Assembly (NCBI GenBank): GCA_030265395.1
Contig: JARFYF010000084.1
Coordinates: 80,107,628-80,171,627, forward strand
DNA: 64,000 bases
Source: Rhina ancylostomus
Taxonomy: Eukaryota
Direction: 5' to 3'
A program made the translations under genes and the position numbers. Numbering within the stretch: position 1 is the stretch's first letter; the number at the start of each line of letters is the position of its first letter. This document shows, one piece after another, positions 26,455-39,585 of this stretch. The notes under the pieces are model-generated. The model did not search any database. It saw nothing but the letters and a program-made list of their open reading frames with translations, and was not told the origin of the DNA.

Positions 26455-26785
26455 ACTGCATTCAGTGCAGCTGTTGCACAGCTCTGTGTTCAGTTCTGAC
26501 CTCCAGTGCTGTCGGTGTGGAGTTTGCATGTTCTCCCTATGATCCAGGTGCTCCCGTATCTTCCCACATCACAAAGGTGCGCTAACTGTTAGGTTATTCA
26601 CCAATGTAAACTATCCCTGGGGGCAGGTGGCTGGTGGGGGAATCAGGAGAGGTAATGGGCATGTAAGAGAGAATATATTATAGAGAAATAAATGGGGGTG
26701 TGGGGAAGAATGTGATTGATGGGATTCTTCTGGGAGCTGACACAGAGCTGATGAGATGAATAACCTTCCAAGTTCTAAAATAATA
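26455..26785 (+). mobile_element. V-SINE/HE1-type SINE
   Basis: gtgtggagtttgcatgttctccc...ggtgctcccgtatcttcccacatcacaaag...tgtaaactatccct. Confidence 0.72.
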
Positions 26786-26789
26786 TAAA

Positions 26790-27065
26790 AGAAACACTTG
26801 CACTTGCACACCATCACCAATTCAGCATATCCCAAAGCACTTTGCAGCTGATTAGCTTTGAAGTTTAATGACTACTGTAGGAAACAAGGCAATCAATTTC
26901 TGCACAACAGGCTTTCTCAAATAGCTGTGTGCTAATGACAAAATTATCTGTTTCAATGACATTTAGTTGAGGGATAAATATTGGGCAGCACACCTGGGGA
27001 AAACTGCCTCGGTCTTCTTCAAAGTGAAACCGTGGGATTACTTGCATTCACATAGGAAAGTAGAA
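26790..27065 (-). mobile_element. Deu-domain (SacSINE1/AmnSINE-like) SINE remnant; further decayed copies at ~14530-14850, 27915-28100 and 57320-57700
   Basis: cccaaagcacttt...gcaatcaatttctgcacaac...gttgagggataaatattggg..cacctggggaaaact...cttcaaag...cgtgggat, a motif order shared among the copies. The family name is from recalled consensus. Confidence 0.6.
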
Positions 27066-28351
27066 GGCTGCGGCACTGGGGAGGTTTTAATGCCTTGGAG
27101 TTGGGAGGAATGGGGAAGAAACTGTACATTAAAGAAGCTAGGTAACTTAGAGGAAGTTAAAGATCCTACCTATACAGGTTGAGTCAAGTTGATTCAAGTT
27201 TATTGTCATGTGCACAAGTACATGTCTACACAGGTGCAATGAAAAGCTTACTTGCAGCAGCATCACAGAGATATAGCATTAGAGGCACAACATTCAGAAG
27301 GAAAACATAAATTATACAAGAATTGTACAAAAAAAGGACACAATTAGAACCAAAAAAAAAGTTCAATTCTCAGTAACCTTGCATGTTTCTTCTTAATTTG
27401 GCTTTTTTATTTAAAAATCTATCTTTGGATAAACATGCATATAAATCTGAGTTTTATAATGGTGGAACTCCCCACTCCCACTGCCTTCAGTTGTAAAGGA
27501 AAACTGCTTTTTAAGCCATCTATGACTGCATCAGTAAAGATGAAATTTGATGGATGTGTTTTCTGGTTTAAAGAGACCAGATACTGTATATTTACCATAT
27601 AACTAGGTGTGGATCGGATGAAAAGCTTGATGACATTAAAATGGTAAATGATCCTATTGATGCTTGTGTGGTGCACTTGTCTCACACAGAGACTGAGTTT
27701 GTTACATTGTCAGCAGTTAAGCATCAGACCATTCCAGACAGCAGTGTTAGTGGAGTGTTTCTTTCAATTTCTAATGGATTAAACCTACTTGATCTTTTGC
27801 ATTGATGTGTGACAATCCTTGCTCTAAAGGACTGAACCTGAGTTTATTTGCAACTGCTGTATTCTAGTAATCCTACATATCTGTGAAGTGTAGCCACAGC
27901 TACAGTTTATTTGAAAACAAGGTTCCACAAATGGCAGTGTGATGAGTGGTTAGGTCATCTGTTTTTTGATGACTGGATGAATATTGGGCAAGACCCCATG
28001 AGAACTTGAGCTGTTGTTCAGAAGGTGCAGTGGGTATTTTTCATGTAAAGCTGAGTAGGGAAATGGTGTTAGTTCAATGTCTTACGGCAAAGATTGAGTG
28101 AGGGAGGCTTTTTGGCACCAGATGAAAAGCCAGTGATTGAAAATTGGAGAAACATCTTGATTGCCCAGTGCTGACCTTGCAATATCCCCAGGCAGGCCTG
28201 TAAGTCGGCCAACAGGACAGTCTGTTTACTTATGACAAGTGGTAATTGGTCTAACCAGTTGCCTTGAAAGTGACTGCAGTGGATGTTCCATTAAAGTTGT
28301 GTCTTTTTTATACTCCTCAGTTCATGTCTGCATGCCTCCTAACTAATCTTG

Positions 28352-28672
28352 GTGTGGCACAACGTCATAATTAGTAGAGTTGCTGCCTCACAGCACCAGA
28401 GACCCTGGTTCATTGCCGCCCTTAGTCGCTGTATGTGGTGTTTGCACGTTCTTCCTGTGATTGTGTGGGTTTCCCCTACCTCTTCCATTTTCTTCCTACA
28501 TCCAAAAGACATGTAGGTTAGTAGGTTAATTGGCTGCCGTAAATTGACCCTAATATAAGTGGGTAGTAGAATTGATGGAAATGAGGGGAGAATAGGTTAG
28601 TGGGAAAATTAGTTTGGAAACTTTGTAAAGTAGCATTAACTTGATGGGCCAATTTGGCTGCCTCCTATTTCA
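28352..28672 (+). mobile_element. V-SINE/HE1-type SINE
   Basis: agagttgctgcctcacagcaccagagaccctggttcatt...tttgcacgttcttcctgtgattgtgtgggtttcc...gtaaattgaccct...gatgggccaa. Confidence 0.78.
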
Positions 28673-30054
28673 TAAAATTAAATGGAAAAATACAACAGTC
28701 AGTATTTTGTTCTAATGGGGCTGGAATGTATAAGGAGCTGGTGACATTCCTGTCTTACTTTGTCAGGGAATTGAAATTCTCTTTGGCACCGGCAACATAT
28801 GAGAGGTTGAAAATTGTTTGGTGTATCAAGAGGATGGAATTATCATCCTGGCCAAAATGAGCTGGTGGCATTGTCTTAGTTTCCATACTGATTGTTCACT
28901 TATTGTCTAGTGTGTAAGGCAGTGCCTAACCATCGTGGTTCAGTGCAACACCCAGTTTGCCACTTAAGAAGTTGGGAACCCAGATGTGGTTAATTGCAGA
29001 TAATTTCAAAGCTCGGGGTGGTGGATTACACACTTAAACATCAGGCACACGATAAGCTGAAACTGGTAGAATGAAGAGCAGAAAGTGCTTTTGATCTTTG
29101 ACATTTTTATTTGTTTACTGAATGACAGTAGATGTTAAGTGAATATATACGTGAAGTATATTTATCTTTCTGTATGCGAGGATTTTTGCTTAATTAGTGT
29201 GTGCAACTAAAACTTTGTTGCCTCACTTGTGTAGCTAGTCAGCAATGTTTGGATAATACTGGGCCAAGTTAATGTACTGTATTTCATAACTTTACTCTGG
29301 CATGCATTTTGATTTTACAGCAGCTATACAGTGGTGTGGAGCAGCTCGAAATCATCAATTTTGCTAGAAGTTTTCTTCTGCGATTTATAGAGTGAAGAAA
29401 TGTATGTTGTTTGGCTCCAATTATGGAAAGCCATTGTGTTGTGTGACGATGACAGAAAATATCTCTCGCCACAGGTCACCCAGTAGAAATATGGTATCCG
29501 TGTTGGATGATTGCTTGTAATCAGATCAGGTGCATACTATTCATATTTTTCTCAGCAAGGCTTGAGGGAGAACAATTTGTGGTGTGAGATGAAAGGGAAT
29601 GTCTTGTGTTTGCATTTCCTAATCGCATCTTGTGTAGAACAGGTGAGCTAGAGGCTAAACAAAGTTCATCATTCTAAATGCACACACGCAAGTCTAAGGA
29701 GTGGAGATTGAGGAGCAGTGGTCAAACAAGTTTTTCATTGTGAGGTGGGCAGCTGAAACCCAAGTGATTGAACTGCAAGTAGATTGTGAAGTAGTCCATG
29801 TGTTACGATTCAGCCCAAACACCTAAGAAAGTTAAAAGCCTGTGAAAGTATGAGGTAGGAATAGAAATATATGCTAATGGTTAGTTCATGTGACTTGTAC
29901 AGGGAATAGGATCTGGCAGAGCCTAGTAGTGTGAAATGACCTATTTCAGTGCTGTGAATTCTGTGTAATTAGTACAGCACCTATGGTGTGGCAGAACTTC
30001 CTAAACATTTTGGGACTGATTACCAACGGACAGTCAGAGGCATAAGAACATTTT

Positions 30055-31720
30055 TTGTTTAACACCTTTTAATATAACAAAATATACCAAGGCACTTCAT
30101 GTGAGTGTTATTAAACAAATAGACTGAAGCCATTTGGGTCTATTTGGTAAACAGGTGGGCTTTAAGAAGTGTTTTAAAGAAGGGAGTTTTAGAGTAAGCA
30201 CTTTGGCAGCTCAAGGTGTAATGCCAATAGTGGAGTGATTAAACTCTGGGAGGATTTACGAAATTGGAAATGAAAGAATGTAAATATCTTAGAATGGAGG
30301 GGATTACAGAGGGAGGAAGGGACATGCCCATGGTGGGAATTGGAAGTGAGGGAGGAGATTATTACAATGGGAGCATCGATTAACTGAAAGCACCAGTTTA
30401 GGGGTCAACAACCACGTGGATGATCCATGAATGAGATGGTGTGAATTAGTTCTGCATGGTTTCAAGCTGAGAGAGTTAAACAAAGGATATGAATCAGAAG
30501 AAAAATGGAAAAGCAAAACCATAGAAGTGATGAAGGCATGGGTGAGAGTTTCGATGCTTGTAAACTTAGGCAGGATTGGTGTAAGGTGATATTTAGGAGG
30601 TGGCTGTAGTCTTTTGTGCAGTGATATGGAAATGTGATGTAAAGCTCATTTTGTGATCAAGTTTGGTGCGAAGCTTAGGAACAACTTGGTTTGTAAAATT
30701 TCTCAGGGGAAGAATAGGATCAGTGGCCATGGAACTGAGTTTGGGATAGGGACCAAAGAAACAGCCTTGTTTTCCCAAAACTCAGTTGGAGGAAACTGTC
30801 TTATGCAGTGTGGTGCATTGAAAGAAAACTGGGAATTGCCAGCTTGCATGTGGAAACTGATGCTGTGCTTTCAGATGAGGCTTCCAAGCAGTTGCTGACG
30901 CTAGCAGGTGGACCTGAAATGGGAGGGCCAAGGATAAATCCTTGGGAAAACAAGAGGTAATAATGCAGCTATGGTAAGACAAGCTGTTGGTGGTGATCTT
31001 TGGCTACAACTGGATGGGGTACAATGGGAACCAGGGTAGTGGAGTCCCATTTAGCTGAACATTAGTTAACTGTGACAGAGTTTGCAGATAGATCAAGAAG
31101 GACCAGAAGGTGTTATAGAGTCAAGTTGTACAGAACAGAAGCAGGCCCTTCAGCCCACCATGTCCACACCAACCTTTTTGTCCACCTGCACGAATCCTAT
31201 TTGCTCGCACTAGGTCTATCTCTCTTTATCCTATGCCCTCCCTATTCAAATTATAGGTCAAGTTTCAAGATGTAATCATATAAAATTTCATAAGTGAGCT
31301 GGGTGCAACATTAGGGCAGGAGTCTAAGCAAGGAGTGCACAAATGGATTGCATGAATTTGGAGGCTACAACATGATCAGGGAGCTTGGAGAGGGAGTTAA
31401 GAGAGGGAACAATATTTGCAAGGCGTCAATGCAAGATTTGGTGGTGGTGAATGGATGTTTGGTGATGTGGGGGTGTAACTTGAAGACGTTGCTTAAGCCT
31501 GTATAGGTCAGTGAGTCAGAAGATAATGGGTGAATATGATAGTGAAAGATGGGGCCTTCCAGACATACTAAGTGATATCAAGATTGGACTAGGAGGCTTT
31601 AGGAAGTGAGAAAGACTGAAGGAAATAGAGCATTCTTCAATTTTTGAAGTCCTGTTTAGAAAAAGGACAACACGAGCATGAAGGAAACTGGGTTAATAGT
31701 GAGAAGTTGGAGATGTGACA
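30055..31720 (-). mobile_element. Old L2-type LINE, interrupted by a CR1 tail at ~31115-31270
   Basis: Begins with the reverse L2 tail (ccaaggcacttca...ggtgggctttaagaagtgttttaaag) and has the purine-rich bias of an antisense L2 ORF. Heavily decayed. Confidence 0.5.
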
Positions 31721-31952
31721 GATCATTATAAGATGATCTCACTTTATTATATCTAGTAACATAGAGAGGTTCTGCAAGATCTTCCCTCAATATTGGAACA
31801 ATTAAGTTTTGCATGGATTGTAATTTGTGTGCTTGACATCATAATTTAAAAAAAAAGCCTGGAGTAATAGAATCGTATCAGCAGCAATGAAGATCCATGT
31901 TCCGTCACCTTATGGTTGTTCGTGCTGTGCTGGAAGTAGTGAAAGGATATGT

Positions 31953-32505
31953 CATATAGTCATACAGCATGGAAACAGGCTCTTCAGCTCAACTGGTCCA
32001 TGCTGATCAAGATTCCCATCTAAGATAGTCCCATTTGGCCCATATCCCTCTAAACCTTTCCTACCCATGTGTCTGTCCAAGTACCTTTTAAATGTTATTA
32101 ATCTACCTGCCTCAACTACTTCCTCTGGCAGCTCATTCCATATACTGACCACTCTCTGCATGAAAAAGTTGCCCCCTCAGGTTCCAATTAAATCTCTCCC
32201 CTCTCACCTGAAACGTATGTCTTCTGGTTCTTGACTCCCGAAACCTGAGGAAAAAACCATGTGCTTTCACCCTATCTCTGCCCCTGATGATTTTATACAT
32301 CTCTATAAAATCACCCCTCAGTCTCCTATGATCCAAGGAATAAAGTCCAGGCCTGCCCAACCTCTCTCCATAACTCAGTCCCTCAGGTCCCAGCAACATC
32401 CTCGTAAATCTCCTCTGTACACTTTACAGCTTAATGGCTTCTTTCCTATCGCACGGTGACCAAAACTGAACACAATATTCGAAATGCAGCCTCACCCAAA
32501 GTCTT
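31953..32505 (-). mobile_element. CR1 LINE 3' fragment
   Basis: Minus-strand ORFs GLSYGERLGRPGLYSLDHRRLRGDFIEMYKI and QRVVSIWNELPEEVVEAG...FKRYLDRHM, plus the CR1 tail. Confidence 0.9.
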
Positions 32506-33034
32506 ATATGTACTTCTTTGTGTGTGTTTCTGTGCATGGCCCATCTCATCTTCTCACAACTCCAGGTTGTTCATCTGGCGGAAGATTGTGACAAGAGAGC
32601 AGTCTTGTTCTTCTCCAAAGTGTGAATATGGTCCAGTAGGGGGAGTCACAGACTAGAGGAGAACTGCTGATTGATCTTCAGTTGTACTGTGGCAAAGGCT
32701 GTTTTTGCTTCAGGCATTGCAGTTGATATTCAGAACATCAATAACGTGAAAGAACTATTATAAACCCACATTCGCACTACATGGTACAACATTGGTTCTG
32801 CAGCATTAAATTTCCTTTCTTTCACAATGCCATATCCCTTATTTTTCTTTTCAGTGATTAAGGAATGCCCTTTACTGTGCAGAAAATGTCTCTGAACATT
32901 AGCAGGGCTATAAGTGAAGCTTTTTGAGAACACATCCCTGTCAGGGATGGATTGCAATGCAGTGATGCAGATTTTATTCTGGAGTGGAATTGTATACAGA
33001 TGTCGATGCAGTTGAATTAGTAGATGGTCTAAAT

Positions 33035-33990
33035 TCTAAAGCTCCAAATTTACAAATGGCACAAAACTTGGAGGCATAATGAACTGTGAGGAAAATAATA
33101 AAACTTCCAAGAGATATAGACTAGCTGATAGACAGATGAAATTTAATGCCAGGAAATGTAAAGTGTTACATTTTGGTAGAAAGACTGAGAGGTTGCACTT
33201 TAGACTAGAGAGCACAGTTCTAAAAGGGGTAGAAGAGCACAGAGATAAAATGCAAAGTTCACTGAAAATATCAGGCAGGTTGAGAAAGTGGTTATAAAAG
33301 CAGCAGTTTACTTTTTTTTGCACCAGGTTCCAGCATCTGCAGTCTCTTGGTTAAAAAAGCATATGGGCTCCTGGGCTTTGTAAATAGATGGACAGAGTAC
33401 AAGAGCAAGGATGTCATGGTGAACCTTTGTTTTTTTTTTAAAAATTGGGTTGGCCCATAGCTGGAGTATTGTTCTGGGTTTTTCCTTCTTAGGAAAAAAC
33501 TTTAAAGACAGTAGAAAATGTGCAGAACAGACTTGCCAGAATGACTTGAGGGATGAGGGACTTTAATTTTCTGAACAGAGTGCAGAAACACAGGTGGTTC
33601 TTAGATTAGGAGGTTGGGAAGGGATCTGACAAAGGTATTTAAAATTATGAAGTGTGCAGATAGAATAGGTCAAGAGTAACTACTCCCATTGGTGGAGGGG
33701 TCAAGAACTAGGGAGATGTTGAAAGAGATGATAATTGGCAAAAGTTCTAAAAGAATTTTTTTTACACACCAAGTGTTTGAGATGTGCAGCCAGGGGTGGT
33801 AGTGGAGATAGATTCAGTTGTAGTGTTCAGAAAGGAGCTGGCTATGCACATGAAAGGAAAGAATTTCCCTGAAAGGCAGGGTTTTCTGGAGAAAGTAGGG
33901 GAATGGAACTTTTGGAATTGCCCTTGCATAGAGCCAGAACAAACTGGATGGGCTGAATGACCTCCTTGGATGCTCTAATCATCTGATTCT
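33035..33990 (+). mobile_element. Old CR1 LINE fragment
   Basis: SKFTNGTKL (decayed FADDTKL), ADRQMKFNARKCKVLHFGRK, and tail gatgggctgaatgacctcc. Confidence 0.8.
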
Positions 33991-34070
33991 GTGAGTTCCC
34001 TCTCTGGAGCAGCTTCAGAAACAATGAGATTGTTCCCCAATTACGTTAGCACGTAAAGCCATTTAGATCA

Positions 34071-34300
34071 ACACACACAAAGTGCTGGAGGAACTCTGCA
34101 GGTCAGGCAGCATCTATGGACGGAAAGAAGCAGTCAATGTTTTGGGTGGAGACCCTTAATCCAGACTGGATTCCAGAACCAATCATCATGAATTGGATCA
34201 GAATCCAATTCATCAGAACCCAGTCCTGATGAAATGTCCTGCTGAGTTCCTCCAGCATTTTGTGTGTTGCTTCCAATTCCAGCATCTGCAGAATCTCATG
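34071..34300. mobile_element. Inverted (head-to-head) dimer of the Penelope-derived repeat
   Basis: The arms acacacaaagtgctggaggaactctgcagg and cctgctgagttcctccagcattttgtgtgt are near-exact reverse complements. There is a central perfect 11-bp hairpin at 34188-34213. Confidence 0.75.
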
Positions 34301-34539
34301 TGAAAGCCATTTGGAGTGTTTCTTTAGGGTAATAAAAGTGAACACTTAAGACAAACAACAAAAGTAAATGTTTTCCTGTATCACAAACTGGAGAAGTAAT
34401 TTGAATAAAAAGGACACAGTTGTGCAGGTAGTAGAGCAGCTGCATCCCTCTCTAGTTTCAGTCCATCTGTTGGAGAAGCAGCATTGGCTTGGCAAAAAAA
34501 AGTGCAAAACTTTTTTTTTCCCCAGTCCCCCAACAACCT

Positions 34540-34975
34540 CTGATCCCTCTCTGCTAACCCCATCACCCTCCCAGGCATCTATCCGAACTGTTTGCAAATT
34601 TGGCATCATATTTGACACTGGTGAGGTTAGTCTAAATAGCTATGCCATCAGCAAGACTGCTTATTCGTACCTCTGTAATGGCGCTCACCTTCGCACATGC
34701 CTCAGCTCAGCTGCTTCCTGAACTCTTATTCATGCCAATGTTGCCACTTGACCATTTCAGTGCATCTCTGGGTGCTTTCCTTTGTCCTCCTCCCTGTGGT
34801 CTTCCAAGCCTCTGCTATTCAGTTAACATGTCACAAGTATTGCACATCCATCTGCTGTGCTGGCTGACCTGGTTAACCTCAGCCTCAATTTTAAAATACT
34901 CCCCTTTGCCTTCAAATCCTTCCATACCTTCTCCTATTCCTATTTTCAATTGTCATCTCCAGCCCTGTGTGGCCT
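34540..34975 (+). mobile_element. L2 LINE fragment
   Basis: AISKTAYSYLCNGAHLRTCLSSAAS*TLIHA resembles the L2 motif K.AYFHLRNIARLRP.LS...AETLIHA. Confidence 0.72.
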
Positions 34976-36783
34976 GTGGATAAGATTTTTAAAAGTCTAA
35001 ATTTAAACAAAAAGGAACATGGAGAAAAGGGTCTCAGAAATATTTGTAAAGTTAAGTACATTATCTTTAATTAGTCAAATGAGAAATGGGGAATTTTGGG
35101 AGGAGAGAGTTACAGTTAATGGAATATAAGCAGATGATGACAGACTTGTTTAGTAAGTGCTTTGTTTTAGCAATTATTAAAAGAAATCTCTGGGAGTGGA
35201 GCAGAAAAATCCTGAATTATTTAGGTGGGAGATGAGAGGTAATAGCCCGAATTCTGTGTTTGTAATGAGAGGGAGATTGTTAGCATTCGCCTCAGTTACA
35301 CTATGTGGCACTGACAGCTCCGCACTTGCAGATTGCAGAAATTGTTAAAGCAAAACTCCACAAGTTGCTGCATGACACCATCCCTCCACACAGTGTCTGA
35401 TGAAGTCCTTGTAAATGGAAATCCTTTTGAAATCAGTCATTTAATGAGAACTTCTATTTGTGCACTGTTCCTGCTGTTGGAAAAAAAGTCCTTGGGAATG
35501 AAGTGATTACATAGATACCATTCCGTGTTTACTAATGGAGATCTGTCTGGGCACAGAAAAAAATAACAATTTCAAGTTTTGAGTTCAGTTCCTTCAAAAT
35601 AATTATTCAAAAATCTTATTTTTTTTAAAGTTTCTTATTTCATTTTCCATCTTANNNNNNNNNNNNNNNNNNNNNNNNNNNNNNNNNNNNNNNNNNNNNN
35701 NNNNNNNNNNNNNNNNNNNNNNNNNNNNNNNNNNNNNNNNNNNNNNNNNNNNNNTTTCATTTTCCATCTTAAATCTCATTGTTATCCCTAACATTTTGGC
35801 CTCTGTGAAGTGTTGGAGTTGATTGAAAATGAGTATCATTTTTGCTTCCTGGCTTGCTGTCAGTGAGAATTCTATCATGTGACTGGCAGTTCAGCCAGGT
35901 TGATGAAATCACTATTGTCAAAGTCTGGTGATCTCCTTTAAATGCCACAAGAATGAAGCTGAATTCACATCATACTTTGATTCTTTGGCAGCTTTCTTCT
36001 TGTTCAGCAGTAATTCCTTCCATTTCACCTATCACAGCAAAATCAGGGCTGTCTAAATAAGTAGCAGGAAAGGATTAGAAGAGACAGATTGACAAAGGAG
36101 TATAGATCTATGGCAGCATATTATTTGTATAAAGCCAAGTAATCTGTGTAGCTGAGTCTAAGTTATGCAGATAAGTGACAGATGGCAGACATTTTTCTGT
36201 CATGGCACAAAATCACTGGAAATTGTATTTGCATAAATTTCCTTGGTGGAAACGACCACTAATATCAGTCTTATTAAAGCCTTCCAGGAAATTGTAAGCT
36301 CACTGAATTCCCCGGGCAAATGTATTGTGGTCATGAAATTGATGCAAATTATTTAGTTGCAGGTTAGCAAAGCAAATCATAGCAAAGGGCCAAAGTAATG
36401 TCATTTTGATTTGAATTGAATTGTAAAATAATATCTTCAAAAAGAGCATTGGATTCATGGGAAAATTAAGAAGCAATTATATCTGTTAAGACAGCAGATG
36501 GACAAATCAAGGTAGCGAAAGCATGACAGATTTTTAGATGACTGAAGCTTCTATTTATTGCGATGTAGAATACATTTTACAGAATACAATGTAGTCTACT
36601 GAAATATTANNNNNNNNNNNNNNNNNNNNNNNNNNNNNNNNNNNNNNNNNNNNNNNNNNNNNNNNNNNNNNNNNNNNNNNNNNNNNNNNNNNNNNNNNNN
36701 NNNNNNNNNATGTAGTCTACTGAAATATTATTTTTAAAAAGTGTAGGAATTAACTGGACCAACCTTCAAGATTCAGTTGTTTT

Positions 36784-37350
36784 TCCAGTTTAGTCTTCTG
36801 TATTCCATGCTGATGACACGGTCTCCTTTACATGAGAGAGATCAAGTGCAGACTGGGTGACTGCTTTGCTCAGTTGTAAGGGTGAGCCTGAGCTTTCTGT
36901 CATCCATCTGACCTCCGTCTTCCATCTCCAGCACTATTCCAATGTAAGCGCAAGAAGCAGCACCTCAACTTCCAACACGGCACATTACAGTCTCCTGGAC
37001 CTAACAACTTTGGATAACTGGCCATTCCAGTCTTCCATCCCGCAATTTCAGCAGTTGTTTGTTTATTCTACTATTTCCAATTTTGTTTGTCTCCTGCTCC
37101 AGACAAAAATTTACCATCCTCTTTCGGCCAATACTACCCCTTGTGTCATTCGATCTCTTCTGATTTCCATTCTATCACAGATGACCTCCTTTTCTTCTCT
37201 CAGCCCGTGCCCTCATTCTCTGCAACCTAAAACTTCTTCAGTTTCTATCTATCTCTTCCACTTCTGATGACCCGCTCCTTCCTCCATATCTGCTGCCAGA
37301 TCTGTTGAATATTTCCTTTGTTTTGTTTTTTTTATTTCAACTTTCCAAAA
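36784..37350 (+). mobile_element. Penelope-like retroelement remnant: decayed GIY-YIG endonuclease plus 3' pLTR/tail
   Basis: Translation from 36784 gives SSLVFCIPC**HGLLYMREIKCRLGDCFAQ (compare PLE motif VYCI.C..CGLLYIGETKRRLGDRFAEH), then KRKKQHLNFQHGTLQSPGPN (compare EQHLIFRLGTLQP.GLN). A pyrimidine-rich spacer follows, then ctgatga...tgctgccagatctgttgaatatttc, the same tail as the short dispersed repeats. Confidence 0.8.
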
Positions 37351-38069
37351 GTCCTGTTTCAGGATCTTTTGGACTAGTTATCCACGCAATAGATTTGAGG
37401 GAGAGATGTGGAACTAAATGTAAGGAAAGGAGCAGTCCAATCAGACCTTGACCTAGATGTGCCATTTTCTCATGTTTATACTTTAACTTCAATTTACCTA
37501 GTTTTGCTCAAGATCCCTTGGTGCCATGACCTCACAAAAATCAGTAATTCTTGGTCTTGAAAATATCCACTTCCAACAGGCTGTGGATTGGCGAGTTTTG
37601 GATTTCCTCTACCCTTTGAGGAAAAAAGTCCCTCCTAACTTCACCCTTAAATGGGCAGACTCTGATTTTAAGGTGATGCTGTCTTGTACTGGTCTCATCC
37701 TCTGAAAGACATAGTTCAGTGTGTTGTGCTTTCACCCGATAGAATCACTTCACCGTAACAAAGAACTTGACAAGATCAGTTGTCAGTCTAACCTTGGGGT
37801 GGGGAACTGGGGAGGATTGGTGCAAAAGAAGCAGTGTCAATGCAACCTCTCCTCGATGTGATATTTTAAACCCAAGCTTCATCCAGTGAATTTGTTCTGC
37901 ACTTCCTCAAAATCAATAGGCCGTTGTGGAGGTTCAGTGCAGAAGTTGTGGCTACTCTTGGCGTTAAAGCAGCAAGTAATATCAAGTGTAAGGAAAGGTG
38001 ACTATATTAAAGGTAGTTCATATGCATCATGTAAATTGATTTCCTTAGGAAAATGAGCAATAGCGAGTC

Positions 38070-38358
38070 TTGAACTGGGGAAGACCATCTCAAGTAGGGT
38101 GCAGGCCATTTAGTGGTGAGATGAAGAGAGAATTCTTCACTTGAAGGGTGATGAATCTTTGGACTTCTCTGTCCTAAAGATCAAAGGAGGCTCTATCATT
38201 GATTTGCAACAGAGCTTAATAGATCCCTAGATGTTAAAGGAATGAAGGGATGTGGGGACAGTGCAGGAAAATAATGTTGAGCTAAGAAATCAGCTGTGAA
38301 TGGCAAAGTGGCTGTGAGGGGCCTAGTGCCTATTCGTGTGACTTCTGTTCTCATGTTG
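38070..38358 (+). mobile_element. CR1 LINE 3' fragment
   Basis: gagatgaagagagaattcttcacttgaagggtgatgaatctttggacttctct...ggcctagtgcctattc, the same family as 18720. Confidence 0.65.
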
Positions 38359-39419
38359 GCTTGTATTGGTAATCATCAACGCACTGTCCTTCCATTGTGT
38401 TGGAAGGCATTTGTCTGCCTATAAACAGCAATTGATGATTTGCTTAAAAATTCATCCGCACTCAGTGGAGCCAAGTGCAGCATTCACCAATGTCAGTGCA
38501 TTGCACTCTGGCTCCAGAAGTCATTTCATTGACTTCAACTGAATGAACTCCAGAGATAGAGTGCAGCTTCCCAGCACTACTAAGTGGCATGTTTAGTCTG
38601 TGAACCAGGTATGAATGTCTAGACAGGTTAGGGAAACCAGACAGGGCAGCAATGAAAGTAACTTTTGAAATTCAAATACTCTACAGGCGGTTGGGGGGTT
38701 CCAAGAACTCTGAGAGCTTCAGCCAAGTTTAGAAATTTGGAAACAGTGAAGGAGTAGTTAAAGGCACCTTGCTTAAGTTAATTACAATGACAGTTGCGTA
38801 GGGAATTGTCGTCTGATATTGGTTTCATTTACACAAAGAAATGTTGATCTATTGAATTATGCAAGGTTTTTGATCATAGCCAGCAGTCCATTGATTAATC
38901 TTCATGTCAAATTAGATGTTTTGTTCCAAACTTGACTTGGTGAGACTAAAGATAATAACGAGAATCAAACAAGAGGCTTCTGTGATCCCCTTGTAGTACA
39001 AAAAGGTATTGCCATTGCAAGTCCACTCCCATCAGTGTATCTAAAATTATGTTCACACGTTGGCTTCAAGAACTTGGCACTGGATTTGGTTGATGGCAAT
39101 TTCTGTAACATTCATCAAGTGTTTAGAATTATTTTTGCATGTGTGTTTACCATGTTGTCATTATTTACTATTTTTGAACAATGATGTACACGTTTTACTG
39201 TAAGAAGGAATCCACTCCACATAGTCACACATTCCCTGAGATTCCTGCCCTCCCTTCTGGAAAATGTACACACCGTGTAAGGAAAAGCTGCCATCTTTGC
39301 AGCAACCTTCTACTGTTCATGCTTGATTGTAAACTGAATTGCAATAAGTTCTGTTAAATTGTGACATTCCACTTGTGGACTCCTAGCTCATGTCTTTAAA
39401 CGAGCACTTTGAGTGAGTG

Positions 39420-39585
39420 GAGACACAAGAGACTGCAGATGTTGGAATCTGGAGCAGAAAACAAACTGCTGGAGGAACTCAGCGGGTCGAGCAGCATCTG
39501 TGAAGGCAGAGGAATGGTTGACATTTCAGGACTGCATGAAGAGTCTCGACGTGAAAGATCGACCACCCCTTTGCCTCCACAGACT
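39420..39585. mobile_element. Penelope-derived repeat with short inverted arm
   Basis: gagacacaagagactgcagatg...tgctggaggaactcagc...tctgtgaaggcagaggaatggttga, then inverted atgaagagtctcgacgtgaaagatcgaccacccctttgcctccacaga. Confidence 0.72.
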
